Assembly: GCA_951406725.2 (NCBI GenBank)
Contig: OX597839.1
Coordinates: 35,588,001 to 35,652,000 of the forward strand
Direction of reading: 5' to 3'
DNA: 64,000 nucleotides
Source of the DNA: Octopus vulgaris
Lineage: Eukaryota
In this document: positions 1-12,449 of the stretch, one piece after another
Layout of the letters: every line of letters starts with the position of its first letter
Position numbering within the stretch: the stretch's first letter is position 1
Notes under the pieces: model-generated
The model's input: the letters and a program-made list of their open reading frames with translations, nothing else
What the model was told of the DNA's origin: nothing
Databases searched by the model: none
Program-made: the position numbers and the translations under genes

Positions 1-192
1 GGTAGCATGTAAAAAGCACCCACTACACTCACGGAGTGGTTGGTCTTAGGAAGGGCATCCAGCCATAGAAACACTGCCAGATCAGACTGGGCCTGGTGCA
101 GCCTTCTGGCCTCCCAGACCCCAGTTGAACTGTCCAACCCATGCTAGCACGGAAAGTGGACGCTAAATGATGATGATAATGATGATGATGAT
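1..192 (+). mobile_element. 3' end of RTE-related retroelement with (GAT)n tail
   Basis: Same sequence as the 3' UTR of the RTE fragment at 41518-42815 (GGAAGGGCATCCAGC..CCATGCTAGCA..GATGATGAT). Confidence 0.75.
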
Positions 193-207
193 CTGATCAA
201 ATCTTAC

Positions 208-285
208 CTGACCAGGTCTTGGACCAGCTTGACTCCCGTCGCCTTGACCTCTTCCAGCTCTTCCTCTTGAGCGACCCTTCGGCAT
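208..285 (-). CDS. First coding exon of a second gene (MPKGRSRGRAGRGQGDGSQAGPRPGQ); RG-rich N-terminus, possibly Piwi-family; gene continues left of the window
   Basis: Exon 208-289 has acceptor tctttttgtttcag|AAAAATG and donor CAG|gtaaga; 26 codons, phase 0. The exon is well supported; the product identity is tentative. Confidence 0.6.
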
Positions 286-624
286 TTTTCTGAAACAAAA
301 AGACAATTTTGGAATTAAAATCAATAGGCATGCATCCTCATTTATCACAAGGATTTGGTTTTAAAAAAAAGGGGGGAGGAGGGATCAATCGAATTCATGA
401 TAAATGAATCATCTCCACACTTTATAAATATAAATGAAAATGGTAAGCTTCATTGACGCCAAACCCACATATTTTCTTGAAAGACATTCCTAAACTCATC
501 AGCATTGTGAGGATCAGCTGCCTTTGAATTTTTGCTTTTCATGTTCATGGGTCAACATAGGTTGATGGCTATGAGAATATAAATCCATATATGAAAAAAA
601 TACACAGTCTTGCAGCATGGTCAT

Positions 625-832
625 GTTAGTTAGTTAGTTAATCTGGCTCAAAAGCAAATAGCAAGGCCATGTAGGGGGACATGGAGTTAAGTACAGGGTG
701 GTGTTCATGTAAAGAGTTCAGGCCACTTGAGGTCCAGGGAGGCTTTGAACAAAGCGGTCGTCGGCATCTTCACCATCTCGTCTGGCAGCTTGTTCCACGG
801 ATCCGCAACCCGGACGGAGAAAGCTCCTCTCG
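625..832 (-). mobile_element. CR1-clade LINE 3' fragment
   Basis: Minus-strand translation RGAFSVRVADPWNKLPDEMV..LFKASLD matches the CR1 ORF2 C-terminus; short 3' UTR and (TAAC)n tail. Confidence 0.75.
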
Positions 833-1639
833 GAGACACAATAAACAGTCTGTGCATTCTGGGTAGATGGGCATTGTAGGTTTGTCACTGGGGTACATTC
901 TGTTTGTGACACAAGCATGATCTTTGACGGATCAATCCATGATGAGACTAATATGGTTCACAATTGAATATACGGAGTTATTCCAGACCAGTGGTGAACA
1001 AATGCGATAAACAAGGCTACATTTATCACTAAATACACCTACAAGAAAACGTTGGTGTTGTACAAAGAAATATCGAAGGAACAAATCCATATCATATGTA
1101 AATATAGAAATCTTAGAAACAGTATTTGACATTTGGACTTGCAAACATTTTTACAGTCTATGAGAGCATCAAGGGTCTTAACGAAATTTGCTAAAGAAAA
1201 AAAAACAACTTTAGTAATTAGGAATACAAGAAGAGTGTAACTCTGGAACAAGGTTAGTAATCTCTCTATATATAAAACTGAGAATGTGTGTCTGTCTGTG
1301 TGTTTCCCTAAAACTTGAGAACTACGCAACCAATTTCATTCAAATTTTACACATGCCTTACTTAAGGTCCTGGGAGTGATATCGGCAAAAAAGAAATCTT
1401 AACTTTTTCCCTAGGGCGACCCCACAACAATATCATATCTTCTCCACTATTTCAGTATTATGTGTTAAAAGTGAACCAAAAACATCTCTCTTTTGTAATG
1501 CAGACACTTTCACTTTAATACTGAAACTATTAAAGTGAAAGTATTATATAAAAGGGACAAACCATTAACAAGTGGTCATCCATTTTGCTAGAAGATCCGC
1601 TATGGTCTCATATGCTACACCACTGGTTTTCAATTCATA

Positions 1640-4600
1640 TTGGCATCCTTTTTGTCTCGGGAGACAATGGAGTTGCGTACAAAATAGTCTAATCCGGCTT
1701 TTACATTTCATGTCCTAATACATTTCCTGCTGTGGCTGTGTAGTCCTATCCTGGACAAACACTCCCTCTGGCAGGTACCGCAAATGTAGCGAAGACTGTT
1801 CCTGGCTGGTTGTAATGCCATAGTTTCTTGTTGACGTCTTTTCTTGTCTTTCCATTTCTCCTCTCTCTCTCTCTCTGTCACTCCTTTGTATTCCCTCTCT
1901 TACGGTACGTCGCCAGTCTCCACGGTTGCCGGCAACTGCCTCCCAACCGCTAATATTGATGTTGCAGGCCTTCATGTCCCTTTTGCAAACATCCTTGTAA
2001 CGTAAGAGCGGTCTACCCACAGACCTAGTACCTCTAGCAAGCTCTCCGTAGAGTATGTCCTTGGGGATTCTGCCATCTTTCATACGGCTAACATGCCCAA
2101 GCTATCTCATACGTCTTTGTGTGAGGAGTGCAAACATGCTTGGTATTCCTGCTTGCCTGAGGACATCTTTGTTGGGGATATGATTCTGCCATTTGATGCG
2201 GAGGATTTTCCGGAGGCAGCACAGGTGAAAGATGTTTAGGCGATGCTCTTGGCGTGTGTATGGCGTCTAAGTCTCACTTCCATACAGTAGAGTGCTAAGT
2301 ACACATGCCTGGTAGATCTTCCTTTTCGTGGTCTTGGTCAGCTTATTGTTGTCCCATGTCCGTTTGGAGAGTTGGGCCATCGCAGCAGCTGCCTTGCCAA
2401 TGCGTATATTGAGCTCAGCGTCAAGAGATAGGTTGTAGTTGACGGTAGAGCCAAGATAGGTAAACTTCTCCACCTCCTGTAATCTGTGGTCTCCAATATG
2501 TTTGGGATGTCCGATGTAGCCTGACCCATGATGTTGTCTTCTTAAGGCTGATAGCTAAGCCAAAGTCGTTACATGCTTGCTCAAAACAGTTAATGAGCCT
2601 TTGGAGGGCTTCTTCTGTGTGTGATACCAGAGCGGCATCATCAGCAGCACGCAGGCGCGAGAGATTGAACAGTTTCCCATCACTTCTACTGTGCAGAAAC
2701 ACTCCATCATCTGATGTCTGAAAGGCATGTGAGAGCAAGAGCGAGAAGATGCCAAATAATGTAGGAGCGAGGACACAACCTTGCTTTACTCCATTTTTTA
2801 TTTCGAAGGCGGCTGATGTTGAACCATTGTGCTGTATGGTGCCTTGCATATCATCATGGAAAGACTTGATGATCCTCAGCAGCTTTGGTGGACATCCGAT
2901 TTTTTAGAGCAGGATGAAGAGGCCTTTTCTACTTACCGAATCAAAGGCCTTTGTCAGATCAATGAAGGCCATATATAATGGCATTTTCTGCTCTCTGGAC
3001 TTCTCCTGAAGTTGGCGTATGGAGAATATCAGGTCAATAGTTGATCTGCTTCTTCTAAAGGCACACTCTGATTCCGGATAAATTCGAGAAGCAAGTAGTT
3101 GTAGCCTGGCCAGGATAACGCGAGCAAAGGTCTTTCCAAAAGTGCTTAGAAGAGATATTCCACGGTAATTGTTACAATCACCACGGTCACCTTTGTTTTT
3201 GTAAAGCGTGATGATGTTAGCATCCTGCATATCCTGAGGGACTGTACCTTCTTCCCAGCACTGACACAGAAGCTCATGAAGGTGCCAAAGCAGGATGGTG
3301 TTTTTGCCGGCTTTGATGATCTCTGAGGGGATGCTGTCTTTTCCCGGAGTCTTGTTACTTGCTAGGGAGTCAATAGCCTTGGTGAGCTCCGCTATAGATG
3401 GCGGACTGTTAAGTTCGCACATGACTGCCAAGATCTTGACACTCTCGATTGCAGTCTCAGCTCCTGTAGTCTCCCGTGAGTAGAGATCCTGGTAGTGCTC
3501 CACCCATCTATCCATTTGCTTGCTTTGATCCCTGATGAGATCTCCAGTAGTTGATTTCAGAGGGGCTAACTTGGTTGCAGATGGACCGAGGGCCTTCTTC
3601 AAACCGGCATACATCCCACGGGTGTCGCCACTGTCAGCAGCTGACTGGATACTCTGACAGATTTCCTGCCAATACCTATTTGCACAGCGTCTGGCTGTCA
3701 GTTGGGTTTTATTTCTTGCCCTTCTGAGTTCTTCGAGTGACTTTGTAGAAGAATCACTCTTGTATTGCATCAGAGCTGCACGCTTTGCTTCGATAACTGG
3801 CTCCAGCTCTGAGAGTCCAGAATTGAACCAATCTGGGTTTTGCCTTTCTCTAATACCGAAAGTATCTATTGATGTGGTATACAAAGGTTCCCTGATATAA
3901 TTCCACCTACTTTCAGCAGAGGAGGTTGGGCAGCTACTGAGGGCAACCTTGATAGAAGCAGCAAAACATTTTCGCAGTGTAGGGTTTGAGGTTCTGGTAG
4001 TGTTAATGCGTAGTCTGCCCACTTTCTTGGAGCGATGGACTTTTTTAGGCAGAATCTTCACCCTACTTCTAATTAGTGTCACAATCCGCGCTGTGGTAAC
4101 TGCGGGTCAGTTGAACAGAATTCAGAAAGGATCTTCATGTAATGAGATCCAGCTGATGCCAGTGGTGAGATCTTGGATGTCTCCAAGATGCCTTGTGGGA
4201 TAGCTTGTTGGCAAAGAATGTGTTTGTGATGCACAGGTTATGGTATGTGCAGAATTCAAGTAGTCTCTGACCACTGTCATTCATGTTGCCAATACCAAAG
4301 CATCCAACACAAATGGGCCACGAATCATGGTCAGATCCCACACGAGCGTTAAAATCCCCTAGAAGGTAGATGTTTTCGTTTGTTGGTATATTTTTAATGA
4401 CACAGTTGAGATCTTTGTAGAACTGGTCCTTGGTCTCCTCTGAGCTGTAGAGAGTGGGAGCATAGATGCTCAGTAGATGTACTGAGCCAGAAGAAGTTGA
4501 GAGTCGCAGTGAGAGGATACGCTCAGTGCCTCCTGATGGTGGTTCTATTGAGGAGAGTAATGAGTTTCTCACTGCAAAGCCAATGCCATGCTGACGAGGT

Positions 4601-5430
4601 TCTTCAGGATCGCTTCCCTGTCGAAAGAAGGTGAAATCCTGATCTTTGAGTTCGCCGTTTGAGGGAAGTCTTGTCTCCTGTAGCCCAGCAATGTCTATGT
4701 TAAGCCTCTTTAGTTCACGGTCAATGATGGCCGTTTTTCTTGTGTCTTCAACCCTGAGTAGATCATCAGATATTCCAGGGCACATGGTCCTGACATTCAA
4801 GCTTGCCAACCGCAGGGCTGGTGGTTTCTTGTCTTTTAGTTGTTTGCCTGGTGCAGAGGTTGCAGGCCGCTTTTTAAGTCAAACTCTTAGCTCCAAGCAC
4901 CCAATGAAGCAGGCGGCCTGTGGCGGGTCAGCACCTTATAAACTGGGGGCTGCCCAGCTTGAGGTGGGCAGTAGCTAACCAATAGGACACGGAGGTCCCT
5001 CCCACCGTCAGAGGTAACCCGTAGCGCCCATATTTTACGCCAATCTGAATGGACTTATCACTCGTGACTGTTACCTCCCGTGTTTTTTCTGCCGCTTTTT
5101 ACAGCAGCACTGAAGTGTCCTCTCCAGTTTTGTGCAGGCCTGGGCAAGAAATAAGAAAGTCCTGGGTAGCCCAATCGTCAGGTTTCCTCTCTCGACCTTA
5201 CTGATGAAGTCCAAAGGAGTGCAGAGCATTACGTTTGGCACCAGCTTGGTTGCAGGAGCTGCCGGAAGAGTGTCGAGTCGAACACTAAACCGCCTTCGGG
5301 GCTCCACTCCAGATTTCTTTGAAGGTTGTCTCCTTTCCGTAACCCTGGATAGGGGGCCCATACCGGGTACTGTCAGCCGGAGCCAGCTGAGCCCGGAACT
5401 CGTATCAGGCAGGGTCGTCACTCCCTGAAG
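1640..5430 (-). mobile_element. Near full-length decayed RTE-clade (BovB-like) LINE
   Basis: APE endonuclease (ASLNVRT, LQETR, GDFNARVG, QLDLI) at 4135-4809. RT motifs NYRGISLL, FIDLTKAFDSV, GVKQGCVLAP, ADD, FTYLGS and C-terminal GRPLLRYKD. Several frameshifts and stops, plus a deletion just before ADD. Confidence 0.92.
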
Positions 5431-5639
5431 TAGTGAAGAAGTTCGCTACCCACTACCTTTTCAAGTAATGTTAAATTATTATTGGATTTTTCATTTTTTT
5501 TTCTATGTTTGTTTTATATATTTATTTTCAACCACTAATCTGCATCATTAGCAGCAGCAGCAGTTGTAGTAGCAGCAGCAATATCACTATCAGAAGTAGC
5601 AGAGGCAGTGGTAACAGCAGTAGTAATGGCAGTAGCAAC

Positions 5640-6065
5640 ACATATTACCACTTAAAGTTGGAACTCCTGTAATGCTACTCCGCAATCTGGAACCACCAAG
5701 ACTTTGCAATGGAACACGACTGGTGATAAAGAAAATGATGTCACACGTTATCGAGGCGATCATTCTTTCTGGATGTGGAAAAGGTGATGACGTCTTTATT
5801 CCAAGATTTCCTCTCACTCCATCAGGAGCAGAAATTCCATTTACATTCAGAAGACTGCAATTCCCCCCTTCTTGTCAGCTTTGCCATGTCCATTAACAAA
5901 TCTCAGAGTCAAACCCTCTCTGTAGCTGGTCTTCTCTTGGAAGAGCCCTGCTTCTCGCATGGGCAACTGTATGTTGGCTGCTCAAGAGTAGGAACCAAAA
6001 GAAACCTTTTTGTATATGCTCCACAAGGAAAAACAAGGAACATTGTTTACAACGAGGTGTTATAA
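5640..6065 (+). pseudogene. Helitron RepHel PIF1-like helicase C-terminal fragment (frameshifted)
   Basis: Motifs LKVGTPVMLLRNL..LCNGTRL, RRLQFP, FAMSINKSQ, FSHGQLYVGCSRV and TRNIVYNEVL*. Frameshift near 5865. Confidence 0.9.
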
Positions 6066-6289
6066 TCTCAACAGCCAGGAGGTATATACATGATCCCCCC
6101 CTTTTTTTTTAACAAACTTCATGTACTTTCATGTATTTATATTAATATACATATATATGTGTGTGTGTATCCATATATATATAACAGAAAAGTCTAATTC
6201 TTCAATTGAATGTAACCGGGCAACGCTGGGTGTCTCTGCTAGTCATTTATAATTGGAAACCCACCGCATACACACAACATTTTCATAAA

Positions 6290-6685
6290 GGCGTAGGAGT
6301 GGCTGTGTGGTAAGTAGCTTGTTTACAAACACATGGTTTCGGGTTCAGTCCCACTGCGTGACATTTTGGGCAAGTGTCTTCTACTATAGCCTCGGGCCAA
6401 CCAGAGCCTTGTGAGTGGATTTGGTAGACGGAAACTGAAAGAAGCCCGTCGTATATATGTATATGCATATGTGTGTGTGTGTGTGTGTGTTGTTTCCCCC
6501 CCCCAACATCGGTTGACAACCGATGCTGGTGTGTTTACGACACCATAACTTAGCGGTTCGGCAAAAAGAGACCGATAGAATAAGTACTAGGCTTACAAAG
6601 TCCTGGGGTCGATTTGCTCGACCAAAGGCGGTGCTCCAGCATGGCCACAGTCAAATGACTGAAACAAGTAAAAGAGCAAAGAGTA
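6290..6685 (+). mobile_element. tRNA-derived SINE, family A (CORE-like)
   Basis: A box TGGCTGTGTGG, B box GGTTCAGTCCC, CORE-like TTGGGCAAGT, internal (TA/TG)n and tail GAAACAAGTAAAAGAG. Confidence 0.85.
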
Positions 6686-7151
6686 AAAAAAAAAAAAAAA
6701 GTTTTAATAGACCTACAGCCTTAAACTTTGAGCACAACAATAATCACTCAGCTATCATATCTACCCCCCAGACGGGAGGGGGCCCTACAAGGTCCATGCA
6801 TGGAGCCCCTTAATATGGGCATAACCATTACGGCTTGCATTCCACGTGATGTTTGTCTAGGTCACTGTTGAATGGCGGGTAGCATGTGTCCACGTTTGTT
6901 TTTATTCATACATTGCGTACTGACAGAGACTGGTTGATACACAGAAAATTGTTGTCGGCACACCAGTTTTATTTTCGATTCAATACCTATTTTTTCATAA
7001 AGGAAATCTACCACTGCTTATCAACAGAGACAAACCCTGAATATGTATAATCTACACGTTTACCTTCGACCATATACACACACACACGCATGTATACAAT
7101 TTAGAGTTTTTTTTTTTTAAAGAAAATATTCTACCGCCATCAACTTAAATA

Positions 7152-7292
7152 TTAGGTTGTCCCAAAAGTTCGTAAACACTTGCGAAAATTGAATTTTTAC
7201 TCGCCAAGTACTAACAAAAACAACAAAAATTATTCCTCAAAATAAAGACCATTATTTTCCAAGACTTTCTACGAACTTTTGGGACAACCTTA
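7152..7292. mobile_element. Mariner-type MITE
   Basis: TIR AGGTTGTCCCAAAAGTTCGTA / TACGAACTTTTGGGACAACCT with TA on both sides. Confidence 0.8.
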
Positions 7293-8000
7293 TAACAGGC
7301 TATCGTTCAACGAGTGTATATATTTAGACATATCCTTCGCCCATCTGTACAAATAAACACTCATAAGTACTTCGTTGTTCCGTTATTGGTAGGATCACAC
7401 ACAAATACCGACTTAGCCCAATATTAATGGAGAAAAAAATGTCAAAACATGACGTTTACACTTTCTGAAACTCCAAAGCAAGGAGGTTTAGCTTTATTCA
7501 AGCCATTAATTTCTATATAAAATATCCACACGTATAGCCACGAAAATAAGATAAATTATTTCTGACTTGTCCATTTCAATTACAATATATATTTTTTTTC
7601 TCCCCTACAAATAAAACCAAGAATTTTTGGGGTTTTTTTCCTAAACATATAAAACCGACCGATTCCAATAAGCAATTACAAATCGATATTTTATTTCTAA
7701 ATATTTTAAATAAAAAAAAAATAAAACAACTTTACTCATTAAGACACCAAAAAACCACTGACTGTTATACAAATATGGCAAAGCAAAAAGAAAGACACGT
7801 GGGTTTTATGTTCAACAGTAGACACCTTAGATTTAGGGATGACCACCCTTAAAGTATGTCAAACTATTTAAGAGAACCTTTCTCATGAGAAAACAATCGC
7901 AAAAATGCTGTGAACAAGGGTTTCTTCTGAATAGTGGATTGATTATTCAATAGAAGTTTTCCTAATCCGCCTTTAGCAAGTTATAATCATTTGCGCGCGC

Positions 8001-8033
<33 letters not shown>

Positions 8034-8941
8034 AATCATATGAACAATAACAAACAAAATGTGCTCAAAGAATTAGTTTGACCCAGCCAGCCAAACATAC
8101 ATACATGAGAGCGCATCTTCCATATATATATATATATATATATATGCATTTTATATACACATGGATATAAGCATTTTTTTAATATACATATATATGAATT
8201 TTGTGTTTACGTTATATATGCATTATATATATATATATATATATAAATAAGTATATAGTTTTTAGAAGACTAGGTTTTTAGTGCGATGGGAATGTTTAAA
8301 ATAATGATGAAATATTCTGATTCTATCACAATTAAAGGGAAATGGACAGCTTCTGTTACTCTTTAATCTTCGTATGACTGGCAATGTCATCCTTTCCCCA
8401 AAAACAAAAAAGCTGTTGGACATTATAAACTTAAAGAAGGACGCGTGGTGATGTTGTGAGGGAAAATGTCCCGCTCCTTATAACAGTTATGCACTTTTAC
8501 ACGTTTGTAATAAGATTCCTTCTGAAAGCTGATATGGGGGTTTTATTATTGTAGTTGTTTGGGGTCACTGAATAAGTGTATAAATGATACCCAGTCCCCT
8601 TTATCACACGGATATATGTCTCAGTTCCTCAACCTTCCCTTCTTCCTTTTCCTTGTTCCCCATTTTTAAAAATTCTTACAAGTTTTGGCTTTAAGCTTAC
8701 CAGTGGTTAAGGTTTACCAATGGTTAAGGTTTACCAGTGGTTTGCCGTTAAAAAAACCAAATCGAAAATTGCAATTTATTTGGATAAAAATAACACTATA
8801 TATATTTGTGTGTGTATACATATATAATTATATATCAATAATAACAAAGGGTAAAATTAATTAATTAAGAAGTAATCAATAATTTCACCAAGTAGAATTC
8901 GGTATTAAAAAAGGACCATTTCACGGTAAACTTAAGTAATA

Positions 8942-9197
8942 CTTAATAAAAGGGTTCAGCAAAAGTTTGCTTTACCACATACCGAAGTTTAGAAATAGCA
9001 GCCAAAAATCTTAGCTATTTCCTCTACTTTAAAAAGGGTTTCTCTAGGAGTCCCTTTTTAATGTAGAGGAAATAGCTAAGATTTTTGGCTGCTATTTCTA
9101 AACTTCGGTATGTGGTACAGCAAACTTTTGCTGAACACCTTTTATTAAGCATTCTGTAATTATATATATATATATATATATAATTACAGAATGCTTA
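8942..9197. repeat. Long inverted repeat overlapped by a perfect palindrome
   Basis: ~97-bp arms at 8942-9038 and 9052-9149; palindrome 9146-9197 centred on (TA)n. Confidence 0.9.
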
Positions 9198-9315
9198 GGA
9201 TTAAATCTAATTTTATAGTATAAATATATATAAATATTAAAATTATTAATTTTATTTCTATGTATTGGTTTATGATTTTCACTGTTTGATTTGCCTAATA
9301 GTGGTTTTATCTCTA

Positions 9316-9351
<36 letters not shown>

Positions 9352-10985
9352 TTATATATATATGCTTTCTCTAGACTTCCGGAGACATTCGCACACCTGA
9401 ATAATATACAATAGTTCACACACATGTATATATGTGTGTGTTTAGTTTATACACACTACAGAATAGACACCTAAGTTCATAAACATCTCCGAAGATCTCC
9501 TGAAAAGGAAAACCTAGCAACAACGAAATGTTTAAATATAAGGCAAAAAAATACAGTAGAAAACCATCAACTTGCATTATTTCTTATAACATTGTTTTGG
9601 CTTTACTTAAAAACTTCAAATCAAAGAAAGCTTCAAGCAAACTTATACTATTATATGAATATGGAGAAATTGACGTATAGTCATGAATTTATTCAAAGAT
9701 ATTCCAACTTATTTAAAATGTTTTTGAACAAAATGATGTCTACACGTCAATTTCTCCATTCGTCTTTTTTATACCAACATACATCAGTGCAAAACCGAAG
9801 TATATATACTTATATGTATCAAGGGATGTTTACATCCTTGTTCTCCAGCTTATACCAGTGTCCAGTGAAAACTAACTACTTTGGTTTGGCATTGATATAT
9901 ATATATCATTGATATATATTATACAGTTTAAAGATATCCCAAATATACACACATATATATATATCATCTGAAAAGGATGTACACTAAATCATTAGAGCAG
10001 TGATATTTTTTAAGCAAGTTTATTATTACGGCTGGTCATCTTCGCCACAAATATATATATTTAGATGGTTACAGTTGGTCAGAGTGACCACTGCATAAGC
10101 GATACATCAGACTCTATATATATATATATATATATATGATATATATTTAATTTAATTAAGCTGGTTTGCCATTAAAAACACCGAAATAATGCATTGTCTA
10201 AAGACGAATAGGGTAAATGTTTTTTTAATTTTCCTTTAATTTCTGAATTACTACTACTTGGCGGTTTGAGTCCTGGCTGCTCTTTCTAGTGGGTCGAATG
10301 GCCTATTAAGGCCATTCCGCAATTGTTGTTGTATATATATATATATATATTAAGGTATGTAGAAAAATACAACATGGACAAGAACGTATAACTCTTAGAA
10401 GACGACACAATAAACACGGACAGGACATTCGAAACCCTCAGTCTTCAGTCAAGAACCGGATCATCGTAGTAATTTCGGCTGATTAATCTACCTATATATA
10501 TATATATATAGGTATACACAACCACTCTCTCTCCTCACTTCATTCACCAATAATATAAATACAGGCAAAACTCTACAAACTGACATTTCTGATGAGACTA
10601 CAGGAGTAGTTGAAAGCGGTAGAAAAATATGAAGAATTAATATGTGATATGTAAATAAATATATATGTTTTTTTTTTACAACCATCAAGCATTCTGAAGG
10701 CATTTTTCTTTCATATTGTATGCTTCTATATATATATAGTTCTGGCCAAAGAAACTTGCGTGGGCAGAAAGCCATCAGGAGGGGGGAAATCCCCTGGCAC
10801 GAAAATAGGGTGGTCGATGCTGGTCGACAATAAACACGTTGGCAGATTGTGAGAGTGGCACTGGGGTGTTTCAACAATGAACCACTATACGGACACTATG
10901 GTTTTGCAATTAAGGAGCTGGGAATATAAAGAGGTTTACTTATATATATATATATGTGTGCTTGTGTACTGTTCAATATATACAT

Positions 10986-11018
<33 letters not shown>

Positions 11019-11062
11019 CACACACACACATACATGCACAGGTGGACTTCCGGAATAGCTGT

Positions 11063-11117
<55 letters not shown>

Positions 11118-11251
11118 GTGTGTATATATATATATTTATAAAGAAAACACTGAACTGTGTGTATCTTAAGAATCATATTTATACATGCATGCGTATATAT
11201 ATGTGTGTGTATGTATATATACATAAACTAGTTTTGAAAGGAATTTGTCTA

Positions 11252-11456
11252 TGCTTATGTGTATAAAAATTATTTACATACACATCACACCTATATACAC
11301 CCATACACTACACATAATATATATATTTAATAGAAGATACAATGCCTTGCTTATTTGTATAAAAATTATTTACATACACATCACACCTATATACACCCAT
11401 ACACTACACATATATAGATATATATATTATATTTAATAGAAGATACGGTGCCTTGA
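11252..11456. repeat. ~100-bp tandem duplication
   Basis: TGCTTAT..CACATCACACCTATATACACCCATAC..AATAGAAGATAC occurs twice. Confidence 0.8.
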
Positions 11457-11744
11457 AGATAGACAGATAGACAGCTTCGTGTGTGAGGACTTAGGACTTA
11501 GCTATACACAAACATGTGCCTCTGTATGCGAGTGTATATAGATGACAAAAAACTCCAGTATTTGCAACACTTCAGTCACACAAAAACACTCAAGTGGCCA
11601 CCACTTGAGAGAGAGCAACTCACATTATAAGTAATAATAACAACAAGAGGCAAATGTGGCTGAAGGAAGACAGAAACGAAATCACAGAGTTTATGAAATA
11701 ATAGCAAAAGCAACACTAAAGGTGAATTCATCAAAACAACTTAC

Positions 11745-11925
11745 ATTGAGTAACACAAATTTGGCGATGAGTGTCTGCGAGAAAAAACTTTTCTCTCTCA
11801 ACCAAAATCTGATGTCGACTTGTAAAAAAAAACTAGACTAATGATAGAGAATACGCACATGCGCATATTGAGACATCCGGTTGACTGGTAAGAGATGAGT
11901 TATTGCCCTTGGTTGTTGCTAACGC
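11745..11925 (-). promoter_or_regulatory. Candidate promoter and non-coding first exon of the left-hand gene
   Basis: Donor AAT|gtaagt at 11744. NRF1-like TGCGCATGTGCG at 11854-11865 and RFX-like GTTGCTAACG near 11915, in non-repeat DNA. Confidence 0.35.
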
Positions 11926-12125
11926 TTCTAAGTTTGGATTCTTTCTCAGGGAGGGCGCATGGCTTAGTGGTTAGGGCATTCGGCTCATGATCGTGAAAAT
12001 TCGAAATGTTATCTGGTGTTCGACAAGGAGACGTGTCATATCGGCTTCTCTTTCCTATCACTGTGATTAATATATTTCCCCCATAAAACCAGGTAACCGT
12101 AGACGCGTAATTCGAGGATTAGTGA

Positions 12126-12449
12126 GGGCGCGTGGTTTAGTGGTTAGGGCATTCGGCTCATGATCGTAAGGTTGTGAGTTCGATTCCCGGCGACGCGTTG
12201 TGTCCTTGAGCAAGACACTTTATTTCACGTTGCTCCAGTCCACTCAGCTGGCAAAAATGAGTTGTATACTTGTATTTCAAAGGGTCGGCCTTGTCACTCT
12301 CTGTGTCACGCTGATTATCCCCGAGAACTACGTTAAGGGTACACGTGTCTGTGGAATGCTCAGCCATTTGCACGTTAATTTCACGAGCAAGCTGTTCCGT
12401 TGATCGTATCAGCTGGCACCCTCGTCGTCGTAACCGGCGGAGTCTTTAA
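12126..12449 (+). mobile_element. tRNA-derived SINE, family D
   Basis: A box TGGTTTAGTGG, B box AGTTCGATTCC, then GTGTCCTTGAGCAAGACACTT. Relatives at 26205-26350 (+), 47040-47645 (-) and 52135-52300 (-). Confidence 0.8.

Larger units (their letters stand above)
1261..6242 (+). mobile_element. Non-autonomous Helitron (deletion derivative) hosting an RTE LINE
   Basis: 5' end A|TCTCTCTATATATAAAA..TGTGTCTGTCTG. 3' hairpin CCGGGCAACGCTGGG (6216-6230) followed by CTAG|T. A PIF1-type helicase C-terminus lies inside. Confidence 0.8.

Noticed and set aside
835-1039. Possible minus-strand exon after the acceptor ttttcttgtag at 1040
   Set aside because: Stops in all frames and no clear donor; a UTR exon cannot be excluded.
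8693-8742. 17-bp unit repeated three times (TAAGGTTTACCAGTGGT)
   Set aside because: Short minisatellite with no supporting context.
12126-12200. tRNA genes at SINE heads
   Set aside because: A and B boxes are present, but there is no complete cloverleaf and they run into SINE bodies.
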